A stretch of 64,000 nt of DNA from a virus. This document shows, in pieces, positions 53,846 to 63,596 of this stretch. The notes below the pieces were generated by a model that was not told where the DNA came from, did no database searches, and saw nothing but the letters and a program-made list of their open reading frames with translations. The stretch lies in the IMG/VR virus record IMGVR_UViG_3300005573_001621, one strand, 5' to 3'. Numbering within the stretch: the stretch's first letter is position 1; each line of letters begins with the position of its first letter. The translations under genes and the position numbers were made by a program.

Positions 53846-54474
53846 TCGAAGCAAGAATTTTCGTATTCTCTCCTGAAGCTCGCATAGATATCCCGCATCC
53901 TGAGAGCATCCCTCTTGTTCATATCAAGACCGAATTTTCGCCAAGCTTCTCTCACTCAAAAGAGCTAAATAAGATACTCCCAAGCATAGACACGCCTTAT
54001 TTCTTTTTAGCAGATGACGATATCATTGTTCAAGACAAAGATCTTTGGCTCTCTCTTTTAGAGGTCTTAAAGCGCGACCCAACAATAGGAGCTGTAGCTC
54101 CAGTACTGTACGAAGCTGATGGTGAGACGATTCGAGAAGCAGGGAAAAATCACATTTTCGGTCCCAGAGGGCAGTACACTTTTATAATTAACTTAAAGCT
54201 TAATCTGCCTTATAATGCTCTCTGCGGTGCGTGTATGGGCTTGAATACTTCTATCGCTCGTCAAGTAGGCCCTTTTGACGAAGCTTTAGAGTGGTATTTT
54301 TTAGACGACGACTACTGTCTTCGGATCTTAGAGCAGGGATTTAAGATATTCTTAGCACAAGATCTGAAATGCATTCATAATCAAGCACAGGGAAAGAAGC
54401 GGAAGCTCGATTTTCTAGCTAAATACTCAAAAGACGCTGCTCGCTTTAGACAAAAACATTTTAGAGAGCAGTAA
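53842..54474 (+). CDS. Glycosyltransferase family 2 (GT-A)
   Basis: FFLADDD, GACM, GPFDE, DDDYCLR..E.GF, CIH. Confidence 0.85.
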   Translation: MIEARIFVFSPEARIDIPHPESIPLVHIKTEFSPSFSHSKELNKILPSIDTPYFFLADDDIIVQDKDLWLSLLEVLKRDPTIGAVAPVLYEADGETIREAGKNHIFGPRGQYTFIINLKLNLPYNALCGACMGLNTSIARQVGPFDEALEWYFLDDDYCLRILEQGFKIFLAQDLKCIHNQAQGKKRKLDFLAKYSKDAARFRQKHFREQ

Positions 54475-54489
54475 AGGAGTCATAACCAA

Positions 54490-55617
54490 TTGAAGATCGC
54501 CGCAGTCGGAGATCTCCATTTCGGGCATCTGCCATATTTTATAGCTTCAGTTAAAAGCAGAGCTGACAAAGTAGAGAAGAAGCGAATAGAGATGATCAAA
54601 GAGATTGTTTCTGCAGTTACGGGATACGACAAGATCATTTTACTGGGAGATCTTTTGCATAAGGGCGCTCAGTCTACTCTAACTGTGACGTCTGTAGGGT
54701 CTTTGATTTATCTGACAAAATCTCTCTCTAAAGAACTTGATAATGTAAGAGTGATCTTAGGAAACCACGACTTAGACTCAGAAGCTATTTTGAAGCTGCT
54801 TTATCCTAAAGTCATCACCGAGATAACTTTTGAAGATGAAGAAAATTTTCAGATAGTCTATATGCCGTATGGCGAGAAATTCAGCACACTGATCTCAAAG
54901 CTAGATCCGAAAGATCAGAGGCCTCTATTCTTGTTTATGCATATTGATTTACAAGAATATTGGAATCAGCCGATGATCGGAGAGTCTTGGCTGAGCTTTT
55001 TATCAGTCATAAAACCAAGACGAGCTCTGGGGATCAATGGGCATCTTCATACCAGAAGACTCTTACGAAGCTGTATCGTAGTCGGAGCGCCATTTGATCT
55101 TACTTTTAATAGCTCGATTCCGATAACTCCCGTCACAAACGTCCAAGTCTTAGACGCTCTCTTAATGGGCGGAGTTGAACTCATAGATACCGAGCAACAA
55201 GTTCGAAAGAGCTTGATCTTAAAAACGAAGCCCTTATTCTTAACAGCAGACTGCACGAGCATACCGTCGAGCTGGATAGAAAATAAGCTCGAAGAGATCC
55301 GTGATAAATATCCAGAGAGATTGATCTTTTTAGAAGTGATTTTCAGTGAAAAGACCTATCAAGAGTTCTCTACAGAACTAGTAGATGGACTCCGAGTCAG
55401 AGTAGTTGCAGAAGACGCTAAAGACTCCGGATCGAGCATCAAAACTCTCCAGGACTTCTCAAAAACTGATATTCTGGAGGAGTTTAAGAACGCTCTTAAA
55501 AATAAAGTTCAGTCTGCTGAAGCTAAAGCTGCCGTCGAAAAGCTCTTCTCTGATGAAGCAAAGACTGCTATCTTGAAGAGTTCTTTTGCTCCCGAAGAAG
55601 AGGGCAGCTCTCTGTAA
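54490..55617 (+). CDS. sbcD: SbcD/Mre11 (gp47-like) nuclease
   Basis: GDLHFG, LGDLLH, GNHD, HID, NGHLH, GAP. Confidence 0.88.
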   Translation: MKIAAVGDLHFGHLPYFIASVKSRADKVEKKRIEMIKEIVSAVTGYDKIILLGDLLHKGAQSTLTVTSVGSLIYLTKSLSKELDNVRVILGNHDLDSEAILKLLYPKVITEITFEDEENFQIVYMPYGEKFSTLISKLDPKDQRPLFLFMHIDLQEYWNQPMIGESWLSFLSVIKPRRALGINGHLHTRRLLRSCIVVGAPFDLTFNSSIPITPVTNVQVLDALLMGGVELIDTEQQVRKSLILKTKPLFLTADCTSIPSSWIENKLEEIRDKYPERLIFLEVIFSEKTYQEFSTELVDGLRVRVVAEDAKDSGSSIKTLQDFSKTDILEEFKNALKNKVQSAEAKAAVEKLFSDEAKTAILKSSFAPEEEGSSL

Positions 55618-57221
55618 TGGCAACGATCAAATCTTGCAAGCTTAAGAACTTTCTATGCTTCGACTTCTTAGAGCTTGATCTGTCCTCTAGAATCACTTGT
55701 ATAACTGGAGCTTCTGGAGCTGGAAAGACAGCAATAGAAGAAGCGATTCTTTTTACGCTATTTAACGCATCTCCCAGATCAGTTCTTCCGAGAAAGGGAC
55801 CCTCATCTTTAGTCAAAAGTGGAGAAAAAACAATGAGCGCTGAGCTTGTCATTGATACTGAGACGAATGGAGTTATCATTGTTCGAAGGATTCGAGACTC
55901 TAAATCAACTCGTCTGGAGATCAAAACTCTTACAGAAGAATTATCTTTTACTAACTTAACTAGAGGAGAGCAGAAGCTGCGAGACTTATTGAATTTTCCT
56001 TTTCCCTTAACAGCGAAGTTTCTTCCTTTAGTCTTCTTTTCACATCAATCTTTGAAGTCTGGGCTAGTGAGTGAGCTAGAAAAAGTCTGGCTAGAGGCTA
56101 TTTATAAATCTTTGAAAGAACTTTTGAAATCTTATATGGCTGACGCAGAGAGCGCTGAGCAGGAAAAAGCTCGACTCGTCTATCAGTTGAGAGGTATGAT
56201 TTCTAAACTAGAAGAACAGTATGAGTCAGTGAAAAGCTTAAAGCCCAAAGAAGAGCTCCAAAAGATCCATTCTGAGCTCCAGGAAGTGAATCAGGAGCTT
56301 CAGAGATTTGAGGGCCAGCTGAACGAGAGATCTACAGCTTATACCGAACTAAGAAAACAGATTATCTCTACTCAGCAGCAGATCTCTGCTGCTCAGAAAC
56401 TTCTAGCTTTAGATCGATGCCCAGTCTGTACTCAAGCTATTCCGAGAACTCTAAAAGAATCTCAACTTAAGATCATTGAAGATTTAACTGCTTCTTTAAA
56501 AGATTCTGAAACTCGGGGAGACTCTCTAGAAGAGGAGATCAAATCACTTCGTCAAGCTCTTGATAAGCTCCGTCAGAAGCAAGTTTCGCTTTCAGCAGAT
56601 CTTGCTGTTAGTGCAAGAACTCTGAAAGGATTCGAAGAGCTCGACGCTGAGATAAAAGAAAAGCAAGTCATCTTAAGAGCTTATGAAGAAGACTTAAAGA
56701 GAGCTTCTGCAGAAAAGACGGGGCTCTTAGAAGTCCGAGACGCTCTGGGAGATGCTTACTTAGACCTCTTGAAGAAAATTTACGATTCTTATATCATAGC
56801 TTTGATGACGAAGTGGTCTCCCAGACTTTTTTCTTCTCCAATTAAATTGACTACTCAAAAGACTACTAATCAAATAGCGCTTAAAGTTACTCTGCAAGAT
56901 AAAACGGAGAGAGACTACGAGCTCTTCTCTACTGGAGAAAAGATCCGGCTACAGCTCTTGCTGAAATTAGCTGTCTCTAAGTTTCTAGCTGACTTCTCAG
57001 CTTCTCCTATATTAGTATTTGATGAGATTATTGATTCTTTAGATCTAGAAAATGCTAAGTCAGTCTTAGAGCTTCTCTTAGAAGAGTTCCCTGCTCAAGT
57101 AATCTTGACTTCCCATCGCCCAGATTTAGCAGCATCTTCAGATGAGATCAAAGTCTTGAAGCTTGAAGATCGGAGAATCGTGAGTTCAGCTGTCAGTGAG
57201 CATCAAGAGTTTGAGCTATGA
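55617..57221 (+). CDS. sbcC: SbcC/Rad50 (gp46-like) ATPase
   Basis: GASGAGKT, CPVC hook, FSTGEK, FDEIIDSLD, TSH. Confidence 0.92.
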   Translation: MATIKSCKLKNFLCFDFLELDLSSRITCITGASGAGKTAIEEAILFTLFNASPRSVLPRKGPSSLVKSGEKTMSAELVIDTETNGVIIVRRIRDSKSTRLEIKTLTEELSFTNLTRGEQKLRDLLNFPFPLTAKFLPLVFFSHQSLKSGLVSELEKVWLEAIYKSLKELLKSYMADAESAEQEKARLVYQLRGMISKLEEQYESVKSLKPKEELQKIHSELQEVNQELQRFEGQLNERSTAYTELRKQIISTQQQISAAQKLLALDRCPVCTQAIPRTLKESQLKIIEDLTASLKDSETRGDSLEEEIKSLRQALDKLRQKQVSLSADLAVSARTLKGFEELDAEIKEKQVILRAYEEDLKRASAEKTGLLEVRDALGDAYLDLLKKIYDSYIIALMTKWSPRLFSSPIKLTTQKTTNQIALKVTLQDKTERDYELFSTGEKIRLQLLLKLAVSKFLADFSASPILVFDEIIDSLDLENAKSVLELLLEEFPAQVILTSHRPDLAASSDEIKVLKLEDRRIVSSAVSEHQEFEL

Positions 57222-57290
57222 TGCGGCTCTCTCCGGTCTTTAGAGCTCTCTAAGAGCTGCGTTTTGGGATTATAGTGAGAGAAGGGACAA

Positions 57291-57557
57291 GTGAAGAAAC
57301 GATACTTTTTATGGATTGTTGAAGAGGGAATAATGGATCCTCGATACAGTGGGTTTGCTGGGGGCAGAATAGAAGTTCATGATGCAGACCGGCAATTTGC
57401 TATCGATGAAATCAGATTTTTTCTTCCTCGAAGACTTTTTGAGCCGCTAAGAGAAGTTTGGGATGGCGCTGAGCTCTCAGCGAAAGAGCTAAAGAACTTT
57501 CTATTAGTTTTTAGAGGAGAAGAGATCTTAAAAGAAGAAAACGAGCAAGGAGGCTAA
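57291..57557 (+). CDS. Hypothetical protein
   Basis: Intact ORF. Confidence 0.6.
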   Translation: MKKRYFLWIVEEGIMDPRYSGFAGGRIEVHDADRQFAIDEIRFFLPRRLFEPLREVWDGAELSAKELKNFLLVFRGEEILKEENEQGG

Positions 57558-57612
57558 CTTGCAATTGATCAAGCTCGTTCGAATCGCTGAATAGAAGCTA
57601 GCCGAGCTGAAG

Positions 57613-58635
57613 ATGACGACTTTCAAAGCGGTCATTTACGATTATATGATACATAAGCTAGGGGGAGGTCAGAAAGTTGCTTGCTTTATTGCTTCTATCT
57701 TAGCTGAGCAGAATGACGTTTATCTTGTCGTAGAAGATAATACTTTAATTCCTTTTTTAGAAAAAAGTTATTCTGTTGATCTAAGCCGAGTGAAGACAGT
57801 TAGCTTGAGTAAAGTAAGTTCTATTGGTGATATAGACTTATTTTTTAACGCTGAACATGCTTACTGGGTGTCTCCTCCTAAGCGATCAATTAGAAAGCTA
57901 ATGTATTGCCAATTTCCGCTGCCTTTAACTCGCCCTTCTGCTCTCAATGAGTATGAGAAGATCTTTGCTAATTCTACTTTTTCTCAAAAATGGATCAAAA
58001 AGATGTGGAATAGAGATTCAGAGATCTTAGAATTATTTCACAACATCCCAGAGAGCAGTAGCAAGATAGAAAAAGAAGACATAATACTCTCTGTCTCAAG
58101 GATTGATGTAAATAAGCAGCAAACAACGATGGCTAAAATTTTTCTAGAATCAGACTTAAAAGACAAATATAAGTTTGTTATTATAGGCGATTCTTCTTGG
58201 TCAGCGCCGTATGTCTCGGGGCTTAGATCAATCGTCGAGAGAAGTCAGGGCTCTATCCAGCTCTTATTAGATCTGCCTTTTTCTGAAGTCGTCAACTGGT
58301 ATCGCAGAGCTAAAGTCTTCTGGCATATAGAAGGTTTAGGCGTCTCTGAAGCTCGATCTCCGAGTCTGTTCCAGCACTTTGGCTTGGTCACAGCAGAAGC
58401 TATGGCAAGCGGAGCAGTTCCAGTGGTCTTCAAAGGAGGAGGACATTTAGATATAATTACAGATGGCGAAGATGGATTTCTGATCGAGACGCCAGATGAG
58501 CTCGTTCAAAAGACCAAGCGCTTGCTCGAAGATGATTCTCTCAGAGAGAGAATTCAGCTAAAGGCTCTAGAAAGGAGCCGGCATTATAATCTGTCAGCTT
58601 TTAGAGAACGGCTCTACAATGCTCTACAGAGCTAA
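57613..58635 (+). CDS. Glycosyltransferase family 4 (GT-B)
   Basis: GGGQKV, ANSTFS, ILSVSR, HFGLVTAEAMASGAVPVV...GG..DII.DG. Confidence 0.9.
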   Translation: MTTFKAVIYDYMIHKLGGGQKVACFIASILAEQNDVYLVVEDNTLIPFLEKSYSVDLSRVKTVSLSKVSSIGDIDLFFNAEHAYWVSPPKRSIRKLMYCQFPLPLTRPSALNEYEKIFANSTFSQKWIKKMWNRDSEILELFHNIPESSSKIEKEDIILSVSRIDVNKQQTTMAKIFLESDLKDKYKFVIIGDSSWSAPYVSGLRSIVERSQGSIQLLLDLPFSEVVNWYRRAKVFWHIEGLGVSEARSPSLFQHFGLVTAEAMASGAVPVVFKGGGHLDIITDGEDGFLIETPDELVQKTKRLLEDDSLRERIQLKALERSRHYNLSAFRERLYNALQS

Positions 58636-58661
58636 AAAGAGATGAGAAAAAGGAGGAAATC

Positions 58662-58859
58662 GTGTTTAATAGTCTAGTTGGTTTGAGCCTTCTTATTTGG
58701 TCTGTAGCAGCTGTCGTATGGTTAATACTTGCAAAAATCTACGGCAAGAGAGTGGCGGGAGTAGATAATGAACAATTGAGTTCGGGAGAAATAATTCGTC
58801 AAGTATTTCATGTGCCAAAGGGCACTGTTGTTCGGACTTTATCTCTTGATTTACATTAG
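58662..58859 (+). CDS. Small single-TM membrane protein
   Basis: AGGAGG SD; hydrophobic N-terminus. Confidence 0.6.
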   Translation: MFNSLVGLSLLIWSVAAVVWLILAKIYGKRVAGVDNEQLSSGEIIRQVFHVPKGTVVRTLSLDLH

Positions 58860-58873
58860 AGAGGAGTGCAACG

Positions 58874-59203
58874 ATGTTAGGTTGGAAGTGGACCAAAAAT
58901 GAATGGGCTTCAGCTTTTTTAGAAGACCCTTTGAGCTTCCCTAATCGGCTCGTAGGGAATACTGCTGGTACTGGGTGGCCTGATAAATTCTGTCACTTTT
59001 TGCTTCATTTATTTCTAGTAGTCTTTCTTCCTTGGAGCTTAGAAACAAATCTAGTCATCTCCGTAGTTTTGGGGTTTCTCTATGAATGGATAGTCGACTG
59101 CTGGATTCTCGACGACGGCGCTAGCGCTCTTGACATAGCTGCAAATCTCTTCGGTGCTATTGTGGGAAGCTTAATCTGGGTCAAAATGGGAGCTCTCGTC
59201 TAA
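58874..59203 (+). CDS. VanZ-like membrane protein
   Basis: DKFCHF, LYEW..D, G.S.LD..AN..G. Confidence 0.55.
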   Translation: MLGWKWTKNEWASAFLEDPLSFPNRLVGNTAGTGWPDKFCHFLLHLFLVVFLPWSLETNLVISVVLGFLYEWIVDCWILDDGASALDIAANLFGAIVGSLIWVKMGALV

Positions 59204-59269
59204 TTTTGCCTCTGCTGCAGAGAGAAGCTGTCTGGGCTATGATAAGCTCTAGCGCGCACAAACGGGTAC

Positions 59270-59275
59270 TAAAAT
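59270..59275 (+). promoter_or_regulatory. -10 element candidate (TAAAAT) before an SD-less gene
   Basis: TAAAAT-agaa-ATGATG; second ATG is 7 nt downstream. Confidence 0.35.
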
Positions 59276-59279
59276 AGAA

Positions 59280-60341
59280 ATGATGGAAGATCGAATCACT
59301 CGAGCAGCTCTTGAACTCAGAAAGCTCTTGTTTGAAGCTCTTCGAATGGAAGAGTTTGATTATCGCCCTCTGAGCGCTTCAGCTTATGAGCCACATCCAA
59401 TAACTCTAGTTTTAGATCCAAAATACTTACGCCGTTTAAAGAGTGGAGCGCGAGAAGCTGGAGATCCAGGGATTTTAGCTTTCAGAATAAATCGACTTCT
59501 CCAAACTCATCCCGACATTATTGAGAAAATCCAGCAAGAAGATGATAGATTCTTAGGGAAAAAAGAGGGATTTTATCTAGAACATCCAGAAGGGTTTTAT
59601 GATTTACCTGAAGAAGTAAAACGCCGGCGATATGAGCATCTAGTCGCGACTTTTCCTACTCTAGCTTCAAAGATTCGTAGGTATATCCCTCAGAAAAGAA
59701 CTAAACTCAAAGTGATTGATCCTAAAGAATTCTTCAAAAAGAAAGCTCCAGGAGAAGCTCGCCCGACTGAAGTCCTTGATAAAAGCGTCGAAGCTCTTTT
59801 ATCTAAACTAGAAGCAAATGCTAAAAGAACTCTAGCTGGAGTGCTCTCACCAAAAGCTAAAGAGGCAATAGTGATTAAGGCTCTTATCAAATCTATCATA
59901 ACAAGCGACCCGAAGACTCCTGTTGGAAAGATAAATAAAGAGCAGCTCTTGTTATACTGCTTAAATAAAGGGTATTCTATAGATGACAGAACACTAACAA
60001 AGCTTTGGAATGACATAGCTGCTCAATTAGCGCCAGAAAAAGAAGTATTAGAGACAAAGCCAGTCACAAAAGTAGAGCCAGTACTGAAAAATCCTCTCTT
60101 AGAGAAAAAGCTCAGGTCTATACTCCAACAAGCCTGGGATCGAGCAGTTGGTAGAGTTCCAAAAGTTTTTTCTGAGAGCGTGAGAAGCCGACAGATCTTA
60201 ACTTACTTCTTAACTGATCTTAAAGCTCTTGCTAGAGGTCATCCTGTCGAAGCAGTACGGACTCTAACTTCGGAGTTCTTGACATCAAAAGGCTATAAAG
60301 ATGTTGAGGAATCGCTTGATAAATTCTTTCCCAAAACGTAA
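59280..60341 (+). CDS. Hypothetical basic protein, candidate internal head protein
   Basis: RKLLFEALR N-terminal motif. Confidence 0.55.
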   Translation: MMEDRITRAALELRKLLFEALRMEEFDYRPLSASAYEPHPITLVLDPKYLRRLKSGAREAGDPGILAFRINRLLQTHPDIIEKIQQEDDRFLGKKEGFYLEHPEGFYDLPEEVKRRRYEHLVATFPTLASKIRRYIPQKRTKLKVIDPKEFFKKKAPGEARPTEVLDKSVEALLSKLEANAKRTLAGVLSPKAKEAIVIKALIKSIITSDPKTPVGKINKEQLLLYCLNKGYSIDDRTLTKLWNDIAAQLAPEKEVLETKPVTKVEPVLKNPLLEKKLRSILQQAWDRAVGRVPKVFSESVRSRQILTYFLTDLKALARGHPVEAVRTLTSEFLTSKGYKDVEESLDKFFPKT

Positions 60342-60355
60342 GGAGTAAATAAAGC

Positions 60356-61216
60356 ATGAAACTCACCGAGAGCTTATTTGCAAGATCAACTTGGAGTTCT
60401 GCTCGGCCAGGGACTGTCGCGTATGATATTTTGAGACGTCTTGTTGAGCTGTCTGGGCCAAACAGAGACTGGGTCTCTGCAGCTCAACTAGCTAAAGAGT
60501 TCCCTGCATACGCCGAGAATTTTTATATCTCGCAACGAAACTACGAACCTCCCCCTTTCTTCGAATTCGTAGAAACAAAAGCAACGTATCAAAATAAAGA
60601 TATTTCGCTTGATGATGAGATTCAACTCCGAAAGTCTGGTGTTCCCGGAGCTTATATTCATCGCTTCTTTAGGCCTCTCCCGGGATTAGCTCAGGCCCTT
60701 GCGCAGCGCCCAGCGGTCTCAAGACCAGTTCGAATAAAAGAGCCATTTCAGATAGGTCTTCCTAAAAAAGAAAGAGAGGATAGAATTCCACCCGAATACT
60801 TTCTGCATCCAGCTATCGGAACTGATGCTTTCGAAGTCTTATCTTATATTGACTCTAAAGGATCAGTGAATTCATCAGATTTAAAGAAAAAATTTACTGA
60901 TCTTTATAATCAGCAGAAGGATGTTTTCTCTGCGACTGGGCCTCTAGCGAGATCTGGAGCAGTCGACGTTCAGAAAGTCGGAGTGGAGTTAATCTTTTCT
61001 CTCAGTCTTCGAGGGAAAGCACTTTTAGCGAAAGCTCCTACTTTGAAAGCATACCCTCTGACTTTTGCTCAAAAGCCAAGAAAAGCAGCGATCCGAGGCG
61101 AGATAGCCGGACTTTTTGAGAGACTTAAGAGCCTCAAGCAGAAAGTTGCTACATTTGATCGACAGTCTCCCAAGACAGAAATTGAGTTAGATCCCCTCCG
61201 AGGGCAGAAATTCTGA
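60356..61216 (+). CDS. Hypothetical basic protein with possible winged-helix, candidate internal head protein
   Basis: MKLTES start; AFEVLSYIDSKGSVNSSDL. Confidence 0.55.
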   Translation: MKLTESLFARSTWSSARPGTVAYDILRRLVELSGPNRDWVSAAQLAKEFPAYAENFYISQRNYEPPPFFEFVETKATYQNKDISLDDEIQLRKSGVPGAYIHRFFRPLPGLAQALAQRPAVSRPVRIKEPFQIGLPKKEREDRIPPEYFLHPAIGTDAFEVLSYIDSKGSVNSSDLKKKFTDLYNQQKDVFSATGPLARSGAVDVQKVGVELIFSLSLRGKALLAKAPTLKAYPLTFAQKPRKAAIRGEIAGLFERLKSLKQKVATFDRQSPKTEIELDPLRGQKF

Positions 61217-61229
61217 CCTATTTTTAATT

Positions 61230-61760
61230 GTGCGAGTTCAAGTTATCACATCGATCTTATCTCAGCCTGAAGCTGTACAGTTTGATAACTTTCTAGGGCG
61301 TACTCTACAAGCTGAGAAAGGCCTCTCTTGCTATCTTTTTTCTACTCTAGAACTCAAAAAGCCTGATTTCGTCGAACAGCTTGTCTTCTCTCAAGACTTA
61401 AATGTTTTGAGGGAAGCTGCGGCTAAAGCGATAAGCTCGTCTACGGCAGATTTTTTGATGTTTCCCACGCCAGGAACGATGATCTTTCCGGGGATGATTC
61501 AAGAGATGATTAAAGAGCTCTTTAATTCTCGGGCTGCTTTAGTCTGTGGAGCGACGCTCTTTGTTGAAAGATCAACTGGAAAGATATTTGCTTCTGTTAG
61601 AACCGATAGCTTCTTCCCTAACTCTATTCTATATAATTTCAAAGCATACGTCACAAGCATCTCTCTAGACGCTTGGAGTTTTTGGGGGAGCTTCAAAGAG
61701 AAGAACGTCTCTCATCAGTTCTTCTATGAGCCAGTCAGCTTAATAGAGCTCATACACTGA
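61230..61760 (+). CDS. Degenerate GT-A-fold-like protein
   Basis: ADFLMF, LVCGA..F topology resembles GT2 but lacks a clear DxD; weak. Confidence 0.3.
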   Translation: MRVQVITSILSQPEAVQFDNFLGRTLQAEKGLSCYLFSTLELKKPDFVEQLVFSQDLNVLREAAAKAISSSTADFLMFPTPGTMIFPGMIQEMIKELFNSRAALVCGATLFVERSTGKIFASVRTDSFFPNSILYNFKAYVTSISLDAWSFWGSFKEKNVSHQFFYEPVSLIELIH

Positions 61761-61764
61761 CTTT

Positions 61765-63186
61765 ATGATGAACTTCAAACTCACTATTTTAAAAGATCTT
61801 ATCTTTGCTAGATCTTTCTGTCTAGCTGACTACGATCCTGACTTAGAGCTTGAATTTACTAAAGATTTTGTTCTTAAGCCGCTAGATGAAGCTGAAGCGG
61901 TAGTAGTCTTAAAAGAAACTGAAGTCTCAGAGAAAGAAATCCCTCGAGCGAAGTTTTTAGTTTCTAAAAATCTTTTAGATTTAGAAAAATATCCTTCATT
62001 TAAGCTAGCAGATCAACAGATAGCTGACTCTTTCTTTCTGTATGAAAGAAAAGGGCTGAAAAAGATCTTAATCATCACTACTCAGACTGCTGGAGTTTAT
62101 TACTATCGGCTAGAGATCCCTTATACTCGGCTCTTAGAAGAGTATCCACAGTTTGCTCTTAAAGTCACCAGAATCCCGCCTTCGATCTATAGTATTCAGT
62201 CAGCAGATCTAATAATCATCCAGAGACTCTTGACGATGACTGCTCCTGGTTATGAGCTGGGTCTGATTCGATACGCTCATGCTCTAGGTAAGAAGGTCGT
62301 CTATGAGACTGATGACTTAGAATACGAAGCAAAAGTGCTCCCTCAATATACTGCAATCGCAAAAATTCCCTTTCTTTTTGATCTTCTAAAGTCTGCGATT
62401 TCTTCTGTTGATCTCGTTATAGCGTCGACGCCTATCTTAGCTGATAACTTACGGTGCTTAAATCCTAACGTTCGAGTGTTAGAAAATCACATCGATCTTT
62501 CAGCAAATATGTGGAGAGCTCCGAAAGCTGAGCACGAAGGAATTCATTTTGGATGGGCTGGGGGAAGCACTCACTATTATGATATGCAGATCATTTTAAG
62601 AAGCCTCAGACCGTTGTTAGATCGAGTTCCTAATAGCAAATTTGTTTTAGCAGGGTATGATAAGAGAGGGTCTATACTCCAAGTCGTACAAGATCCGCAG
62701 AGTGGAGGACTTCGTGTAGTATCTAAGCCACTCCCAGAAGAAGAGAACATTTGGTTTAAGCTCGTAAAAGAGCTCGAAACTGAGATCGGAAAAGACCGCT
62801 TAATTGTTCAAGAGGCTCTCCCTATTTATGAGTACGGACAGCATTATAAAACTATGGATGTCGTCTTGATCCCTCTGGGAGATTCTCAATTTCATGCTTC
62901 GAAGTCTTGCCTCAAGCTTTTAGAAGCTGGAGCTTACTCTTTACCAGTCGTCTGCTCGGATGTTCCTCCTTATAATCAAACTATTACTCATAAAGTCAAT
63001 GGATTTTTAGCATCTAAACCCAAACATTGGATTCAATACGGAGTTCTCTTAGCTTCTAGACCTGATCTCAGAAAAGAAATCGGAGAGAGCCTCAATAAGC
63101 TTATCAGAGAGAAGTACTCGTCTGAACTCGTCGGGTCTAAGCTAGCTAAAATTTTAGTAGAAGTCTTGAATCAAGAGGAGAAGTAA
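61765..63186 (+). CDS. Glycosyltransferase (GT-B, GT4-like) with N-terminal extension
   Basis: VVYETDD, DLVIAST..LA, VLENHID, GWAGGSTH, SK.CLKLLEAGA...PVVCSDV.PY. Confidence 0.85.
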   Translation: MMNFKLTILKDLIFARSFCLADYDPDLELEFTKDFVLKPLDEAEAVVVLKETEVSEKEIPRAKFLVSKNLLDLEKYPSFKLADQQIADSFFLYERKGLKKILIITTQTAGVYYYRLEIPYTRLLEEYPQFALKVTRIPPSIYSIQSADLIIIQRLLTMTAPGYELGLIRYAHALGKKVVYETDDLEYEAKVLPQYTAIAKIPFLFDLLKSAISSVDLVIASTPILADNLRCLNPNVRVLENHIDLSANMWRAPKAEHEGIHFGWAGGSTHYYDMQIILRSLRPLLDRVPNSKFVLAGYDKRGSILQVVQDPQSGGLRVVSKPLPEEENIWFKLVKELETEIGKDRLIVQEALPIYEYGQHYKTMDVVLIPLGDSQFHASKSCLKLLEAGAYSLPVVCSDVPPYNQTITHKVNGFLASKPKHWIQYGVLLASRPDLRKEIGESLNKLIREKYSSELVGSKLAKILVEVLNQEEK

Positions 63187-63188
63187 TT

Positions 63189-63596
63189 ATGGCAAGAAAA
63201 AAGAAACAATACTCTCCAGAACCAGCTCCTTCAGAAGAGCAAGTTCAGCAAGGAGAGCTCGCTCAACAGCTTCCAGTTTCGGAAAGTGCTGCTACAGCTT
63301 CTCCAACTCCTGAACAGTCTGTTGTTCAGACAGCTGAGATCCAAGAAAGTGCTACAGTCTCGGTGAAAGAGACCGAAAGCTCGCCAGCTACGGAGCCAGA
63401 GACTAAAGAGACCGAAACTTTCGAAGCAGTTGTGATGAAAGTTTATAAAAGACGCCCGGACTTGCAAAGAGCTTTTCCAGATCCACACTCTAGCTTTGGA
63501 CCTTTTGCTGATATCTTCGCTTGGGCTAAGACTTTTGGAGTTAAAGAAGAACCAGAGATTGCTGAAGCTCTTACAAAACTGGAGAAAGCAAAATAG
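63189..63596 (+). CDS. Low-complexity acidic protein with C-terminal YxxRPDLQxAFP motif
   Basis: VYKRRPDLQRAFP...WA..FG..E. Confidence 0.55.
   Translation: MARKKKQYSPEPAPSEEQVQQGELAQQLPVSESAATASPTPEQSVVQTAEIQESATVSVKETESSPATEPETKETETFEAVVMKVYKRRPDLQRAFPDPHSSFGPFADIFAWAKTFGVKEEPEIAEALTKLEKAK

Noticed and set aside
57577-57585. GTTCGAATC tRNA T-loop-like sequence
   Set aside because: Only 2 bp of T-stem can form; no acceptor or anticodon arms
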